Below are positions 1-10,888 of a stretch of DNA of 64,000 nt, in pieces. Source of the DNA: Ostreococcus lucimarinus (lineage: Eukaryota); the NCBI GenBank assembly GCA_000092065.1, contig CP000588.1. One strand, written 5' to 3'. Both the position numbers and the translations under genes were made by a program. The stretch's first letter is position 1. Every line of letters starts with the position of its first letter. The notes under the pieces are model-generated. The model had not been told where the DNA came from, ran no database searches, and saw only the letters and a list, made by a program, of their open reading frames with translations.

Positions 1-1
1 C

Positions 2-1183
2 GAGGACGGCCGTCGCGGGCTTCGAGTGGCGATGGGCGGGAGGATGTGCTTACCGACGTTCGTGGACATACACACACATATAGATAAGGCACACACGTGT
101 GAGAGGAGCCGAAATTTAAACGGCACCCTCGCTGGCGCGGACGCCGCGTGCGCGAACGATTTCCAACACTGGACGCTCGAAGACGCCAAGCGGCGCATGG
201 GCTTTGCGATTCAGTGCGCGTACGCGTACGGGACCTCCGCCATGCGCACGCACTTGATGTCGGGTGAGGAGAGACAGAGCAAAATCGCCTGGGAAGCGTT
301 CGGGAAGTTACGCGAGGAATGGAGAGGGAAAGTTGAGTTGCAAGGCGTGTCACTCTCGGTGTTGAGCTTTTTCCGCGACGAGACCAAGGCGCGCGCGCTG
401 GCTCGCATGGTGAAATCTTATGGAGGTATACTTGGCGCCGCCGTGTCGTGTAGCGATGCAGGTGGTACACCACTGGATGTCCACACGACGTGCGGTGCCG
501 ATATGCCCAAGTTATTGGACGTCATTTTCTCTCTGGCGAAGGAATACAATTTGGATGTCGACTTTCATTGCGACGAGAACGGCAATGAATCCTCCAAAGG
601 CTTGCTCCACATTTCTGAGGCCGTCATTCGAAACAATTTCAAAGGATCTGTGGTGTGCGGTCACTGCTGCAGTCTCGCAGTTCAGCCAAACGAACAGGCA
701 AAGCGCATCATCGACGCCGCCCGCGAAGCGGGCGTCACCGTTGTTTCGCTTCCAATCGTTAACCAATGGCTTCAAAATCGTGATCCAACGAACGAAGCGA
801 CGCCAACGCGGCGAGGCGTTACTCGGGTGAAGGAGCTTGCCCGAGCTGGCGTGCCGGTGTGCCTTTCGAGTGATAATACGCGAGATCAATTTTTTCAATA
901 CGGTGACTGTGATATGCTCGAGGTATTTCGATCGAGCGTTTGCATCGCGCATCTCGATCGACCTTTTGGATCGTGGCCGTTGGCTTTAGCTGCGAACCCA
1001 TCGCGCGCGATGCGACTTGGCGAAAAGTCGGGAATGATTGCTCCAGGAGCGAAGGCAAACTTTGTCTTGTTTCGCGCTAGGAATTACAGCGAGCTGTTTT
1101 CTAGATCGCAACATGATCGAGTCGTCATTCGTGATGGTGTCCGCATCGCTACTGCTTTACCAGATTATGAAGAGCTAGACTAA
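2..1183 (+). CDS. CodA-type cytosine deaminase / metal-dependent amidohydrolase, 5' end cut by window edge
   Basis: The frame is open from nt 2; the track start at 26 is GTG, not ATG. The H-x-H metal motif FVDIHTHID is followed by DVDFHCDE and CLSSDNTRD, in the order expected for bacterial-type cytosine deaminases. Stop at 1181-1183. Confidence 0.75.
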   Translation, partial: EDGRRGLRVAMGGRMCLPTFVDIHTHIDKAHTCERSRNLNGTLAGADAACANDFQHWTLEDAKRRMGFAIQCAYAYGTSAMRTHLMSGEERQSKIAWEAFGKLREEWRGKVELQGVSLSVLSFFRDETKARALARMVKSYGGILGAAVSCSDAGGTPLDVHTTCGADMPKLLDVIFSLAKEYNLDVDFHCDENGNESSKGLLHISEAVIRNNFKGSVVCGHCCSLAVQPNEQAKRIIDAAREAGVTVVSLPIVNQWLQNRDPTNEATPTRRGVTRVKELARAGVPVCLSSDNTRDQFFQYGDCDMLEVFRSSVCIAHLDRPFGSWPLALAANPSRAMRLGEKSGMIAPGAKANFVLFRARNYSELFSRSQHDRVVIRDGVRIATALPDYEELD

Positions 1184-1267
1184 CTTGGCTAACATATTAC
1201 AATGATGAATCGTTCTTACTTTTGGCTATGTTGAATTGTAATCACTTGCTTTTTGTACCACACGTCG

Positions 1268-3559
1268 CTACACCAGCGCACTTAAAAGCTGAACCCTCGA
1301 TTTGCAACTCTTCGACAATGACTTGACTTGGACTAATGCCCAGCTTTTCAAAATTTTTGATGAACTGAGGATTTTTAAGCCGACTAACGCGCTTGACATG
1401 AGGAGCACCTCGCAAGAGTGACTCTCCGGAAATCTTGACGCGCAACTCAACGCATCAAGGATATTGCACACGCACATAAAAGCGCTTCGTACAATCACCT
1501 CGGAGTCCGTATCAGAGATGAACGTTTCTTTCGCATCGGATGTGAGCGTCGAGGTGAGTTGAGTAAAGTGACGGCAAATTGTAAACGCCCGTTGTGGAGA
1601 CTCACGAATGGCAAACACTGTAGCGTGTGATAAAACATCCAGTACCACAGCCGAGACTGGTATGCCAGCTGCGGTTATGCGTCGCATTTCGAGCAGTTTT
1701 GGCAAACCAATGCGTGATATGCGGTCAAACTCTGGTCCAGATGTGTTCGGCAAGACCGCTACGCATGCAACTAAGAGACTTTGACGAAATTTACTCAAAT
1801 CGCTTTCACAGTCTTGAAAGTCTTGAAACGTCCGCAGCAACTCGAGCAGCATCCTATCGTTTGCATTCGCATTCGAGCGATAAAGCTTCAAAATATCTAC
1901 AGTGATCGACGTCATGTCCTTTGAATCGAGCGAAGGGGGGCGCGGCGACGAGATTCTCTCCATGCGACCAAGACGCATGACGGGCTCTATCGCCAAGCGC
2001 GAGTCCCATTCTATAACGCTAGCGGCTACTTCGTCCGCAAGTCTGAGAGCAATTGCCATTTCTTTGCTAGGCGAAATTTTTGCAATAGATTCCAACAGCC
2101 CTTTGCTGATTTCACGAGCCAGCGATGTGGCTAAAATCTGAGTTGATGTCATTCGTTGCTTCCGTGACCATTCAATGACACGTGCCAATGCAAGGAGTAC
2201 ACCCTCGGGGAACGTGCGCTCAATGACCCTCACATCTACCTGTCCTTCGTTCATGGTTATTAGTTTCAAAATTCTCAGAGCAAAGTGGGCTCCATGAAAC
2301 GGACCAGTAGCAGGGGAACTAAGTTGTACCGCAGTCAACATTGGAAGCACGATGAAGAGTAAACCGTCTTGCAACTCTAAGAGATGCATTTTGCCAGAAT
2401 TGCTCCCAAAGAAGGCTTCACAGATATATTCGATGGAATCCATGGCTTTAATATTCGCAAAGTCATTCGGAAAATCCCGGAGCAAGTCGACGAATGCAAC
2501 AAGCAAGCACGCCGGCGAGTTGCCGCAACGCTTCACCTTGACAAAACTTGGTACCAAGCGGAAAGTTTCGATAATGATTGCACCCTGGGACGAGTGTGCA
2601 ACTGCTGTATGAATCAAACGACGATAAACGAGGTCTGGTGCGATGAGTATGGGCCACAGCAAATCATTCGCTAGATTCAACTTCATGCGATTGGTGACGC
2701 TTGTGCTTGCACTCGCTGTGATGCGGTTCAATGCGACAATGACATCGCGCTCTATGACTTTTGAATCAAAATCTTGTTGCGTGATGAGCATATTTCTGAA
2801 GAGATGAAACTCGTCGGAGCATAGCACTGTGGATATGATTTCTAAGACGTCATCTTTTGGAAAGCGAGATACCAATTTTTCTTTGGCTGTCTTTGGTTCT
2901 GTGCACGCCAACAGGTCTCGGAGAAACTTTTCCACCTGAGATGGTTCTGCAACCAGTGGCGATGAACATATCACGTCTACGCTGACGGTTGGTTCATCAT
3001 CCGTCGTTCGTGATTGAGTTTTCCTCGCGGTTGGAGTGTATCCGGACGTAGAGAAAATTACCGTCAGTTGCTCAATTACCTCTGTTCTGGTTTCACTCGT
3101 AAACAAAGCCTTCGTCATCGTCTCTTTCGCTCGATCAGAAGCATGTAGCATCGCATTGTAGAACAAATCCTTCATTTCTAGCACTGTGATCAACTCTGCG
3201 AACATCGGCGTGGGTAGCGACCACTTGGCTCTTCGGCAGAACGGGTCAATTGTTTCTTGAATTGGCTCCCCATCACCGCCTATGAGCTTGGCGCACCACA
3301 CACTGAACAACACCGCAAACACATGCTCTCGAGAGTCTTTTTCCCCTTTACTCGGGCGTCTGAGCACTCGACGTAAGCCTGGAACGACCACGGTGTCCAG
3401 CGCAGAGACGGCGTCCCCGAGTCCCTCACGTTGCTCGATGGCGTCAAACAGTGGGCCCATCGCCGCCTCGATCGCCACTCCTTCGTCATCATAGGATAAC
3501 GAACGCAACGATTGTAGCGCTACTATAGTTGTGGACGCGTGCACTCCCGAGATCATCAT
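1268..3559 (-). CDS. large hypothetical protein (helical, no assignable domain)
   Basis: Uninterrupted 785-codon ORF (1268-3625). The track start at 3625 is GTG; the first in-frame ATGs are 3559 and 3556. The 5' end is uncertain and an unrecognised upstream exon is possible. I cannot name any motif. Confidence 0.55.
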   Translation of the reverse strand: MMISGVHASTTIVALQSLRSLSYDDEGVAIEAAMGPLFDAIEQREGLGDAVSALDTVVVPGLRRVLRRPSKGEKDSREHVFAVLFSVWCAKLIGGDGEPIQETIDPFCRRAKWSLPTPMFAELITVLEMKDLFYNAMLHASDRAKETMTKALFTSETRTEVIEQLTVIFSTSGYTPTARKTQSRTTDDEPTVSVDVICSSPLVAEPSQVEKFLRDLLACTEPKTAKEKLVSRFPKDDVLEIISTVLCSDEFHLFRNMLITQQDFDSKVIERDVIVALNRITASASTSVTNRMKLNLANDLLWPILIAPDLVYRRLIHTAVAHSSQGAIIIETFRLVPSFVKVKRCGNSPACLLVAFVDLLRDFPNDFANIKAMDSIEYICEAFFGSNSGKMHLLELQDGLLFIVLPMLTAVQLSSPATGPFHGAHFALRILKLITMNEGQVDVRVIERTFPEGVLLALARVIEWSRKQRMTSTQILATSLAREISKGLLESIAKISPSKEMAIALRLADEVAASVIEWDSRLAIEPVMRLGRMERISSPRPPSLDSKDMTSITVDILKLYRSNANANDRMLLELLRTFQDFQDCESDLSKFRQSLLVACVAVLPNTSGPEFDRISRIGLPKLLEMRRITAAGIPVSAVVLDVLSHATVFAIRESPQRAFTICRHFTQLTSTLTSDAKETFISDTDSEVIVRSAFMCVCNILDALSCASRFPESHSCEVLLMSSALVGLKILSSSKILKSWALVQVKSLSKSCKSRVQLLSALV

Positions 3560-3803
3560 CCAGTGCCGCGATTGAGACGCTTCAACAACTTGAGTGGCAA
3601 AATGTAGAACACGAGAATGCAGCACAGCGATAGCAATACGAAATCGACTGGCTTTAAGGCGTAGATGATAATATCATCATCGTACATGTGCCTTCTTCTC
3701 TTGCGCTTGTGCGAGCGCACACTCGATGTGCGCGTGCGAGTTTGTGGCTTCTTGGGGAGGTCGGTTACCGTGTAAAGTGAACGCCCTGACCGTTCTAATT
3801 AAA

Positions 3804-5543
3804 TTACAACGCCGCCTTCTTAGCTGCTTTTGCTTTTTGATTGTGATGCTTGTGTGTAAAATCTTTTGCAGTCAGTCCTCTCGTTTGTCGTCCGCCAGAC
3901 CCTCTTCCTCCGCGACCGGCACCCCCGTTTGCCCTGGGTTGTTCTTTGGCCGAAGCACTTGTCGACAATCCCCTTGGCGTGAAAGGTACCGCGCTTGTGC
4001 TCGGGGTGAATGCTGAATCGAACCGTGACTTATTTCCACCCGCACCGAGTCCTTCTATCTCGTTTCTTTTCGTTTTTTCTTGGGCCAGGGCGATCGTTGA
4101 CGCTTCCTCTGCGCTATGCGCGAAGATTTTCTCGGCGCCGGCTTTGTGGGAGTGATAGACTTTGCCGTCGGCCACATAGAAGACACGCTTCGATGCGTTT
4201 GCACGTTCTTTGCGACCGTCTCCATCTTCTAATTCGTCCGTACCGAGCGTGACGTTCGCTACTTGCACTGGGAGATCGTCGAATGAATCATCGTATTCAT
4301 CCTCGTATTCCAAATTGCGCGCTGCCTTCAGCACTCGCTTCTTATCTTCCACTGAAAGTTCGAGGTCAGCTTCCTTGTTCAATCTCTTGCCAACGGGTAT
4401 ACTGGGCTGAGGACGACTCCGCCAGGTCAACTTTGACGCGGGTGGCGGCCATCCCAGCTGTCTATCAAGCGACCGCAAATCAGGCGGAAGCGACTCCTCA
4501 AACAAATGCTGCACAATTGACTCAGCGTTGGGACCAAAATGGTCTACGCATGCCTTAAGAAACCCAATGCCGACATCGGGTAGGATGATTCTAACAGATT
4601 CAATCGTGTTCACGACCACTGGAGCCAGTCCTACGTACTTATCGCGCTCTGCATCCACGGGTTCTCCATCTCCTCCTCCTCCTCCTCCTCCTCCTCCTCC
4701 TCCATCTGCACTTCTCAGAAAGGAAATTGCCGCGCCTAAAGAACCTCTCACCGTATCTAAACTATCACTATCGCAAGTTGCCATGGACTGGAAGCTAGAA
4801 AGTACCATACTTCGGATCTTTTCGAGCGCACCTGTCAGATTCCCATCACGACGCAACCATTCTGCGGCTTCTGGATACACGGTGACGAGTGAAACAAGTG
4901 AAATAGCAACGTCGTGAAAGTATGACAGCGATTCACTCAACCCGTCTGGTGGGAGCTCGTTAGCTTCAGCCGCAGGAGTCACTCGCGCTGCCATATCTTT
5001 CAAGTTCTTTTCGATCATCAATCCAGTGCGCCCAAAATCGTCTTCGAGAGTCGGCAACAGTTTCACAGCATTTTCTAGCACTTCGTGCACTAGATCCCTG
5101 TTATCGCTTCCATAAATCACCGTCAAGTCAATCAATTTCGGTACGTCGATCAGGTTATGCTTTAAAACCGCCTGCCTCCGCTCTTCGAGAGTTAAGCAGC
5201 TTCGCTCTCGAGCGCCGTCATTCACCAGTCTGAGCATCGTGAGGAAGACCTTCCTTCCCAACTCGTCCTCCGTAACTGAAGTCGACGGTTCGGCCCCCCG
5301 ACCTCGAGTTTCGAATGGCCGCGTTTTAAACTGCAAGTACGTGTCCAGACTCCTCCCGAGCCCTCGTCCGTTTCTCTGCACGTGCGCCCAAAACGCTTCA
5401 CTCGTCTTTCGCAGCGCACTATCGAGGGCGTCCACTAGCGCTTGACACGCCTCCGTAGCGCGCTCGTCCAAAGGATCGTCGTCGCCGGGCAGATAGGAGA
5501 TGTACGTCACCGTCGCTGGCGCGACGCGTGACGCGCGTGACAT
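3804..5543 (-). CDS. ASCC2: ASCC2-like protein with CUE domain
   Basis: The segment ILPDVGIGFLKACVDHFGPNAESIVQHLFEESLPPDLRSLDRQL matches the CUE region of activating signal cointegrator complex subunit 2, and the tail is basic. The ORF portion above ATG 5543 overlaps the divergent HGH1-like gene and looks non-coding, so the start is set to ATG 5543 (cat at 5541-5543). Confidence 0.7.
   Translation of the reverse strand: MSRASRVAPATVTYISYLPGDDDPLDERATEACQALVDALDSALRKTSEAFWAHVQRNGRGLGRSLDTYLQFKTRPFETRGRGAEPSTSVTEDELGRKVFLTMLRLVNDGARERSCLTLEERRQAVLKHNLIDVPKLIDLTVIYGSDNRDLVHEVLENAVKLLPTLEDDFGRTGLMIEKNLKDMAARVTPAAEANELPPDGLSESLSYFHDVAISLVSLVTVYPEAAEWLRRDGNLTGALEKIRSMVLSSFQSMATCDSDSLDTVRGSLGAAISFLRSADGGGGGGGGGGGDGEPVDAERDKYVGLAPVVVNTIESVRIILPDVGIGFLKACVDHFGPNAESIVQHLFEESLPPDLRSLDRQLGWPPPASKLTWRSRPQPSIPVGKRLNKEADLELSVEDKKRVLKAARNLEYEDEYDDSFDDLPVQVANVTLGTDELEDGDGRKERANASKRVFYVADGKVYHSHKAGAEKIFAHSAEEASTIALAQEKTKRNEIEGLGAGGNKSRFDSAFTPSTSAVPFTPRGLSTSASAKEQPRANGGAGRGGRGSGGRQTRGLTAKDFTHKHHNQKAKAAKKAAL
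4671..4703. repeat. (TCC)11 / (GGA)11 trinucleotide microsatellite inside the ASCC2-like CDS
   Basis: Eleven perfect TCC units on the + strand. They are read as GGA on the - strand, giving a run of 11 Gly in the protein. Confidence 0.95.
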
Positions 5544-5682
5544 CCCACGCGTCCGACGGCGCGCCTCGAAGTATCGACGGACGCGAGTGCGCGCTGTAGG
5601 CGCGCACGCGCTCGCGGGCGAAGGCGGCACAGTCAGACGTGCGCGCTGCGTCCCGTCGAGGACGACATCCGCGCTAGAATTC

Positions 5683-6732
5683 ATGGCCGACGAACTCGAC
5701 GAGGTGATCGGGTTTTTGTCCGATAAGAACCCGGCCGTGCGAGAGCAGGCGGCGCACATCATCCAAGGCTTGACTGGAACGGATGACGGCGCAAAGTTAC
5801 TGTGCGCTAAAGCCGACTCACTGGTGCCAAAACTGTTGCACGCGCTCGGCAAAGAAGGCGCAGAATCAAAGTATGCCGCGACAGCGCTGGTAAACTTGAC
5901 GCACGACCCGGAGGTGATCGTCAAGGCTGTGAACAAGGGTGTCGTGGAGCGAGCCATGGACGGGCTTCGCGATGGCGACGGTGCACCGGTAGACCTCTTG
6001 CTGTCTATTTTAGCGAACGTGACGACGGCGGAGAGCGGTGTACACGTGATAAGTCAAGAGGGTAAGCCACTAGAAGGATTTTACGTGTCAAAGTTGATCC
6101 AACTCTTGTCCACCGGAAAGCCGGAGGAAGACTACGACCATGCCGCGTCAGTCTTGACAAACATCTCGCGCGACCCGATCGGTCGACGAGTCTTCTTAGA
6201 TCCGAAGCGAGGATTGTTAGCATCAGTTGTTTCAATTATGAGTGAATCGAACGACCTCAGACGTGAGCGTGTCGCAGCGGCGTTGCGGAATTGCTGCATG
6301 GATGACATTCAGCGTAAAGCGCTTTTGGACTTTGTCAGCCCAGGTGCACAGGAGGCAGCAGGGGATGTCCTACGCGCGCTCCTTCGGCCGATCAGCGGGA
6401 AGCAGGTCGGAGCAGAATTATCTGATCATGTTCGTCAGGCCTGTGCGGAAGCGATCTACGCGTTGGCGAAAGACGAAGAAGGCCGGATGTGGCTTGGCAA
6501 GTTGGACGCTCCTCGGACTCTGCGAGACGGATACGAACTTGAGGAACACGCAGAAACTTGTGCTGCATTGGTTGCCGCCGGAGATTTGTTCCTGAAGCAC
6601 GGCATGGTGCCCGAAGACCTTCAAGAAGGCTTGAATCAGCCGCAAGCCGTCGAAGTGATTGACGATGACGAAGCCGTGGTCATGATGGGACCAGGCGTTG
6701 GTGGTGGTGGATTTATTAGTGGCGTGGATTGA
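5683..6732 (+). CDS. HGH1: HGH1-homolog-like armadillo-type protein
   Basis: The first ATG after the Arg-rich junk leader is at 5683. The N-terminus MADELDEVIGFLSDKNPAVREQAAHIIQGLTGTDDG resembles the HGH1/FAM203 family start, and the body is helical-repeat-like. Confidence 0.6.
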   Translation: MADELDEVIGFLSDKNPAVREQAAHIIQGLTGTDDGAKLLCAKADSLVPKLLHALGKEGAESKYAATALVNLTHDPEVIVKAVNKGVVERAMDGLRDGDGAPVDLLLSILANVTTAESGVHVISQEGKPLEGFYVSKLIQLLSTGKPEEDYDHAASVLTNISRDPIGRRVFLDPKRGLLASVVSIMSESNDLRRERVAAALRNCCMDDIQRKALLDFVSPGAQEAAGDVLRALLRPISGKQVGAELSDHVRQACAEAIYALAKDEEGRMWLGKLDAPRTLRDGYELEEHAETCAALVAAGDLFLKHGMVPEDLQEGLNQPQAVEVIDDDEAVVMMGPGVGGGGFISGVD

Positions 6733-7827
6733 TTTGTCAATTGAGTAAATCGTTCGCTCGCGTCGTTCGCAATTTTAAAGCGAGAATTCCGCGCAGATAA
6801 TAGTGTATTAAAATCATATCGTATTCGTTGAAGCTCGCGTGGGTTAGTGACAGTATTGTGCGCGCCCCGTTTCGTACGTTGCGATGTAAATAATTAAATC
6901 AACTGCATCAAAGATGACGGCTTGTCAAAGCTCACAATGAAGTGGACGCGTGCGGATCGCGTGCTCATTTAAACGTGGTGTCGCGAATATCGATTGTGTG
7001 ACGTTCGTGTGTTGTTTTGCATGCATCTAGCGCCTATCTAAGAGCGCACTCCTGGAGAGTATTTATTTAATAAATTAATTAATTTTGATCGTGACGTCGT
7101 TGTCGGCGTGTTTGTCTTGATTACTCAATAAAATTGCTCGCTTGGCCGTCCACTACATCGAGCGATCTGGACTGCCTGTTTGCGACACATGGATGTGCAA
7201 AACGGGTTACGGGTGAATTAATTTCAATTATTTTCTCCTTCTCGATAAAACACCGACAACGTCGTTGTCTATGGACGCTCTGGCCGGCCGTGCGCGAGCT
7301 CCATGCCTCTTGGATGCTCGTTGGTGCCGTACGTTTCGGAGTTTTGCGTCCCGGAAGCTTTGATTCGTTGCCACGCGTTACGTTGGCGAACGTTTGTATT
7401 AAATTTATTTATTACAAAGACGCACATTTCACTTTGTACGAAAATAACGAACGCGCTCGAGTAATTACCACGTAAGAACAATGAAAATGACCTTTCGGAC
7501 GTCTCGTGCGCTTACGCTGCGTTTACATCGACTTCGTCGTCTCACGAGGGCGTGTTTTGCCGTCATTCGCGATTATTCGATAATTAATTACTTTTGTAAT
7601 CTGTTGCATCGCGAAGCCAGAAACGATCAGTTCAATATCCCTTAACGAGCATCCCGCGAGATCGCAGTCGTGGTTGTGCGCGCGCTTACGAGTGATGGGT
7701 GATTAATGTCTGTATGCACACTTGAATTGAAAAGAACTACATAGCAACCAAGACACTGAGACAGGTTCGCAGGCACTTCTTCCTCAACGAACAATATTTC
7801 TCAATACATTATAGCCACACCATGAAC
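6733..7827. other. 1,095-bp AT-rich non-coding spacer between convergent genes
   Basis: No ORF has convincing composition. The region is visibly AT-richer than its flanks and contains TTAATTAA-type palindromes (about 7073-7086 and 7583-7592). All other convergent gaps in the window are 28-221 bp. Confidence 0.7.
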
Positions 7828-9064
7828 CTACGCAGCCAGCGGCTTCTTCATGACGATGAGATACATCGGAGAGAAGATGCCGAGATCACCGCCTTTCTCG
7901 AGGTTGACCGCAGCCTTCAACAACATGGTGTGCACGGCTTGCGTCCCCTTGGGCGCGAAGCCGATGAACTCGAGCACGCCGGTGAGGACGTGCGTCAAGT
8001 ACGCCGCCCGGCGAGCAGATTTCATGGCTTGTTGCCACGGAACGGCTCCAAGGGTGGCGCGATCAAAAGTAAACTGCACGTCGAAGCCCGCCGCCTTCGC
8101 GGCTTCAACGCAATCTTCGATGGTGCGCACTTCCGGCAGTGCGTTACCTTCAGCGATGCCATCGACGACGTCGACGTGAACCTTATTATTCGGGTCGTAT
8201 TGATCGGTGCGCAACCACTCGTAGGACGCAAAGAGGGCACCCGGTTTGAGGACTTGGAACACTTGCTTGTACAAAGCAGTGGTGTTCGACGCGTGGCACG
8301 CGGCTTCAATGGCATACGCGCCGTCAAAGGATCGACCCTTGAACACCTTCGCGAGGTCCATGAAGTTACCTTGAACGATCTCCGTCAAATCTTCCAGGCC
8401 AGCCTGCTGGTTCAAAGTGTTGCAGCGGCCAACTTGGTACTCATTGATAGTGATACCAGTCACCTTACCGCCCGTGGCCTTGACGATGTTGCGCATCGGA
8501 CCCCCAACGCCGCAGCCAAGGTCCAACACGTTCATCCCCGCCTTCAAACCAATGTTCTCCGCGATCGCTGTGCGTGTAAAACGGGTAAAGTCGCGTCAGT
8601 CGAATGCCTGCTTTTCACGGATATGCGTGTAGAACGCGTTCACGGATTCGAGACGAGTGATGCGCGCGAGACGAGCATGACGTACCGACTTCCTGGCGAA
8701 TGATGGAGTCTTCAAAGCTCTCCCCCTTTTCGCGTGCGGCGAAGTGGAAGCTTTCGCCCCAACCGTACTCGTAAAAGTCGGTGATGAGGGAGTAAAACTT
8801 GTTCACGAAGTCCGGGGTGGACAAGATGCGCGATCCGACCCCCTTACCGTCTTCTTGGTCGAAGAACTCGTTGTAAGATTTTATCCCTTTGTCCACCATC
8901 GTCTTCGCCATCGCCCCGGTCTTCCCGCCGAACGAGCGCAGCGGGTTCTTGCGGAACCAAGACAACTTCACCGCGACGTAGATACCACCAGTCAGCGTCA
9001 CCCCACCGACGATCATCTGGACTTTCTTGTCCTCGAGCGCGTCCATGACGCGCGCGGTAGCCAT
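7828..9064 (-). CDS. SMT1: sterol 24-C-methyltransferase, 2 exons (8686-9064, 7828-8567)
   Basis: Exon 1 ends ...FEDSIIRQEV. Exon 2 continues (A)IAENIGLKAGMNVLDLGCGVGGP, which is SAM-binding motif I. YEWLRTDQYD and the C-terminal sterol-MT region are present. Exon lengths are 379+740 = 1119 nt, 372 aa. Confidence 0.9.
8568..8685 (-). other. spliceosomal intron (118 nt) of SMT1
   Basis: GTACGT donor. An ACTGAC box ends 27 nt before the CAG acceptor. Removing the intron joins two track ORFs in frame and restores the conserved RQEVAIAENIGLK region. Confidence 0.85.
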
Positions 9065-9554
9065 CTCGAGAGACCTTTGGCGCGAAAAGTCGAGCGCGCA
9101 AGATGCGATCTCGCGCCGAACTCCGAAGCTTTACGAGCGCGGACGGCGCGTGGAGGGCGTGCGGACGTGCGAAGGGTGGCTATGGACTCCCTCGAGGACG
9201 GACGTTCGAACGAATCGAAGTCGTCGTGTGCGGCGGCGGTAATCTTTCGGAACGCCTCGTGACGTCTTCGCGGATACGAGCGCCGCCGCTGCGAATCCGA
9301 ACCCGCCGCGGGCGCGACGAAAGGCCAGACGTCGTCGGGGGACTCGCGACGAGTCGTGATTCGATCGCGTCGCACGTTTTTTATCGATCATCCGCGTCAA
9401 AGGTGAAAGATCTATCATGGCTTTGAATACGGTAAAATTGACATCGGGGGAGATGCAGAGCCTCCCGCGGACATATCGACCTAGCCCTAGATCGCCAAGT
9501 TTCGGCGCTGAGCCCTGCGCAATCAGTCGTTGTGACGCCTCACACGGACCCATA

Positions 9555-9580
9555 TCGACTTTCTCGACTTTCTCGACTTC
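9555..9580. repeat. 9-bp tandem repeat (TCGACTTTC x ~3)
   Basis: tcgactttc tcgactttc tcgacttc, read directly. It lies in the SMT1-upstream / GrpE-downstream spacer. Confidence 0.8.
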
Positions 9581-9741
9581 TACGACGCCGACCGTCGCGC
9601 GCGATTTCGCGAAAGGGCTTATGCGATCTAACGTGGATGCGGTTCAGATGATGAGATCGCTGGAGTGGTGGATTAATGGATGAATGAATTGAAATGAGTC
9701 CTAGTATATATAAAAGCGTCGCGACGGGCGTCGGTGAGCTT

Positions 9742-10736
9742 TTACGGCTTGGTCGAAACCTTCACCATCGAAGCACGGATGAGGCTACTACCGATCTTAT
9801 AGCCCTTTCTGAATTCTTCAATGATGGTATCTTCATCCATCTCGTCGTTCTCTTCCCGCATGATAGCCTCATGGTCGTTCGGGTCGAACGGTTCACCGAC
9901 GCCCGCGACGACTTGGAGGCCTTGCGATGAAAGAATTTCCATCAACTGCTTGTGCATGTTTTGATATCCCGTCAATATCTTCTCCTCACCTTCGGTCGAA
10001 CCCTTGATATTCTTCTCTGCGAGGTCAAAGTTATCGAGCACGGGCAAGAGAGCCTTGACAAAGTCCCCCTTGGCGCTGCTCGCGAGGTTCTCCTTTTCCT
10101 TGAGCGTTCGCTTGCGGAAGTTGTCGAAGTCTGCGTTCAAACGCAAGTATTGATCCTTCATCGCGGCCACTTGGTCTTCCATACCGACCATCTTTGCGTT
10201 TGCATCACCGATTTCTCCCTTGAGGGAGGCCACAAGCTCCGCTGCGTCGGCGTTATCGCCGACGACGACCTCGAGTCGACCGACGAGCGCGCTCAACGCG
10301 GTCTCCTCTTCTTCCGCACCTCCTGCGACTTCTTCGTCGTCCTCGACGACTTCAACTTCGGGCACTTCTTCTTCAGTCTCAACAGTTTCACCCTGCGCGG
10401 TGCGAGAACACGCGTTGTTTCGTCAGTCGTTCGTTCGTCCTCGTCGACCGATACCCTCGTCGCCCCGCTCCCTCGTCGCTCGCCCGTCTAATCCTCGATC
10501 CCTCGCGCGCCGTCGGCCTCGCGCGTCGCCCTCGAGTCTCGCCACGCGTCGTTCTATCGCACCTCTTCTTCCCCCGCGCGCGCGATGATCTTCATCGCTC
10601 GCGCCTCGCGCGTCGCCCCCGAAGGTGTCGAACACGCTCGAAGATTCATCTTCGCGCGCATCGTCGTCGTCGTCGTCGTCGCGCGGGCGCGCGCGCGCGC
10701 GGGCGCCGACGCGATCGAGATCGTGATCGCGGACAT
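9742..10736 (-). CDS. GRPE: GrpE nucleotide-exchange factor (organellar), 2 exons (10563-10736, 9742-10392)
   Basis: GrpE core: LRLNADFDNFRKRTLKEKE...LLPVLDNFDLA...GEPFDPNDHEAIM...RASMVKV. The track ORF starts at GTG. Exon 1 (ATG 10736, MSAITISIASAPARARA...) supplies a transit-peptide-like N-terminus. Total 274 aa. Confidence 0.8.
10393..10562 (-). other. spliceosomal intron (170 nt) of GrpE
   Basis: GAG|GTGCGA donor. An ACTGAC box ends 29 nt before the GCAG acceptor. The junction is phase 0 and in frame with the downstream ORF. Confidence 0.65.
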
Positions 10737-10888
10737 CCTCGGTGCGCCCGCGCGTCGGCTGCTCGACGGTTCGCGCGCGAACGAGTGGCGCGCGACGGGG
10801 TTTCCCTCGCCCTCGCGTCGTCGTCCACGCCGCACGCCGCGTCGCACCCTCGGTCGTCGTCGCCGAGACGACGCGACGACGACGGGCG

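Noticed and set aside
3063-3068. AACTGAC in the orphan ORF, and similar CTGAC hits at 38429, 59597, 62552 and 63147
   Set aside because: Each lies within a well-behaved coding frame as CTG ACx (Leu-Thr) or GAC TGA-type strings. None has a consensus donor at a plausible distance.
3806-3880. GACTGAC box followed by GCAG near the 3' end of the ASCC2-like gene (possible terminal intron)
   Set aside because: There is no GT[AG]CG donor upstream. The read-through peptide (…TAKDFTHKHHNQKAKAAKKAAL) already resembles the basic ASCC2 C-terminus. The box arises from ordinary L-T codons.
7134-7475. 113-aa ORF inside the AT-rich gap
   Set aside because: It starts at a non-ATG codon in the track. Its composition is unlike neighbouring genes, and it has no motif and no splice signals. 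The gap is kept as non-coding of unknown function.
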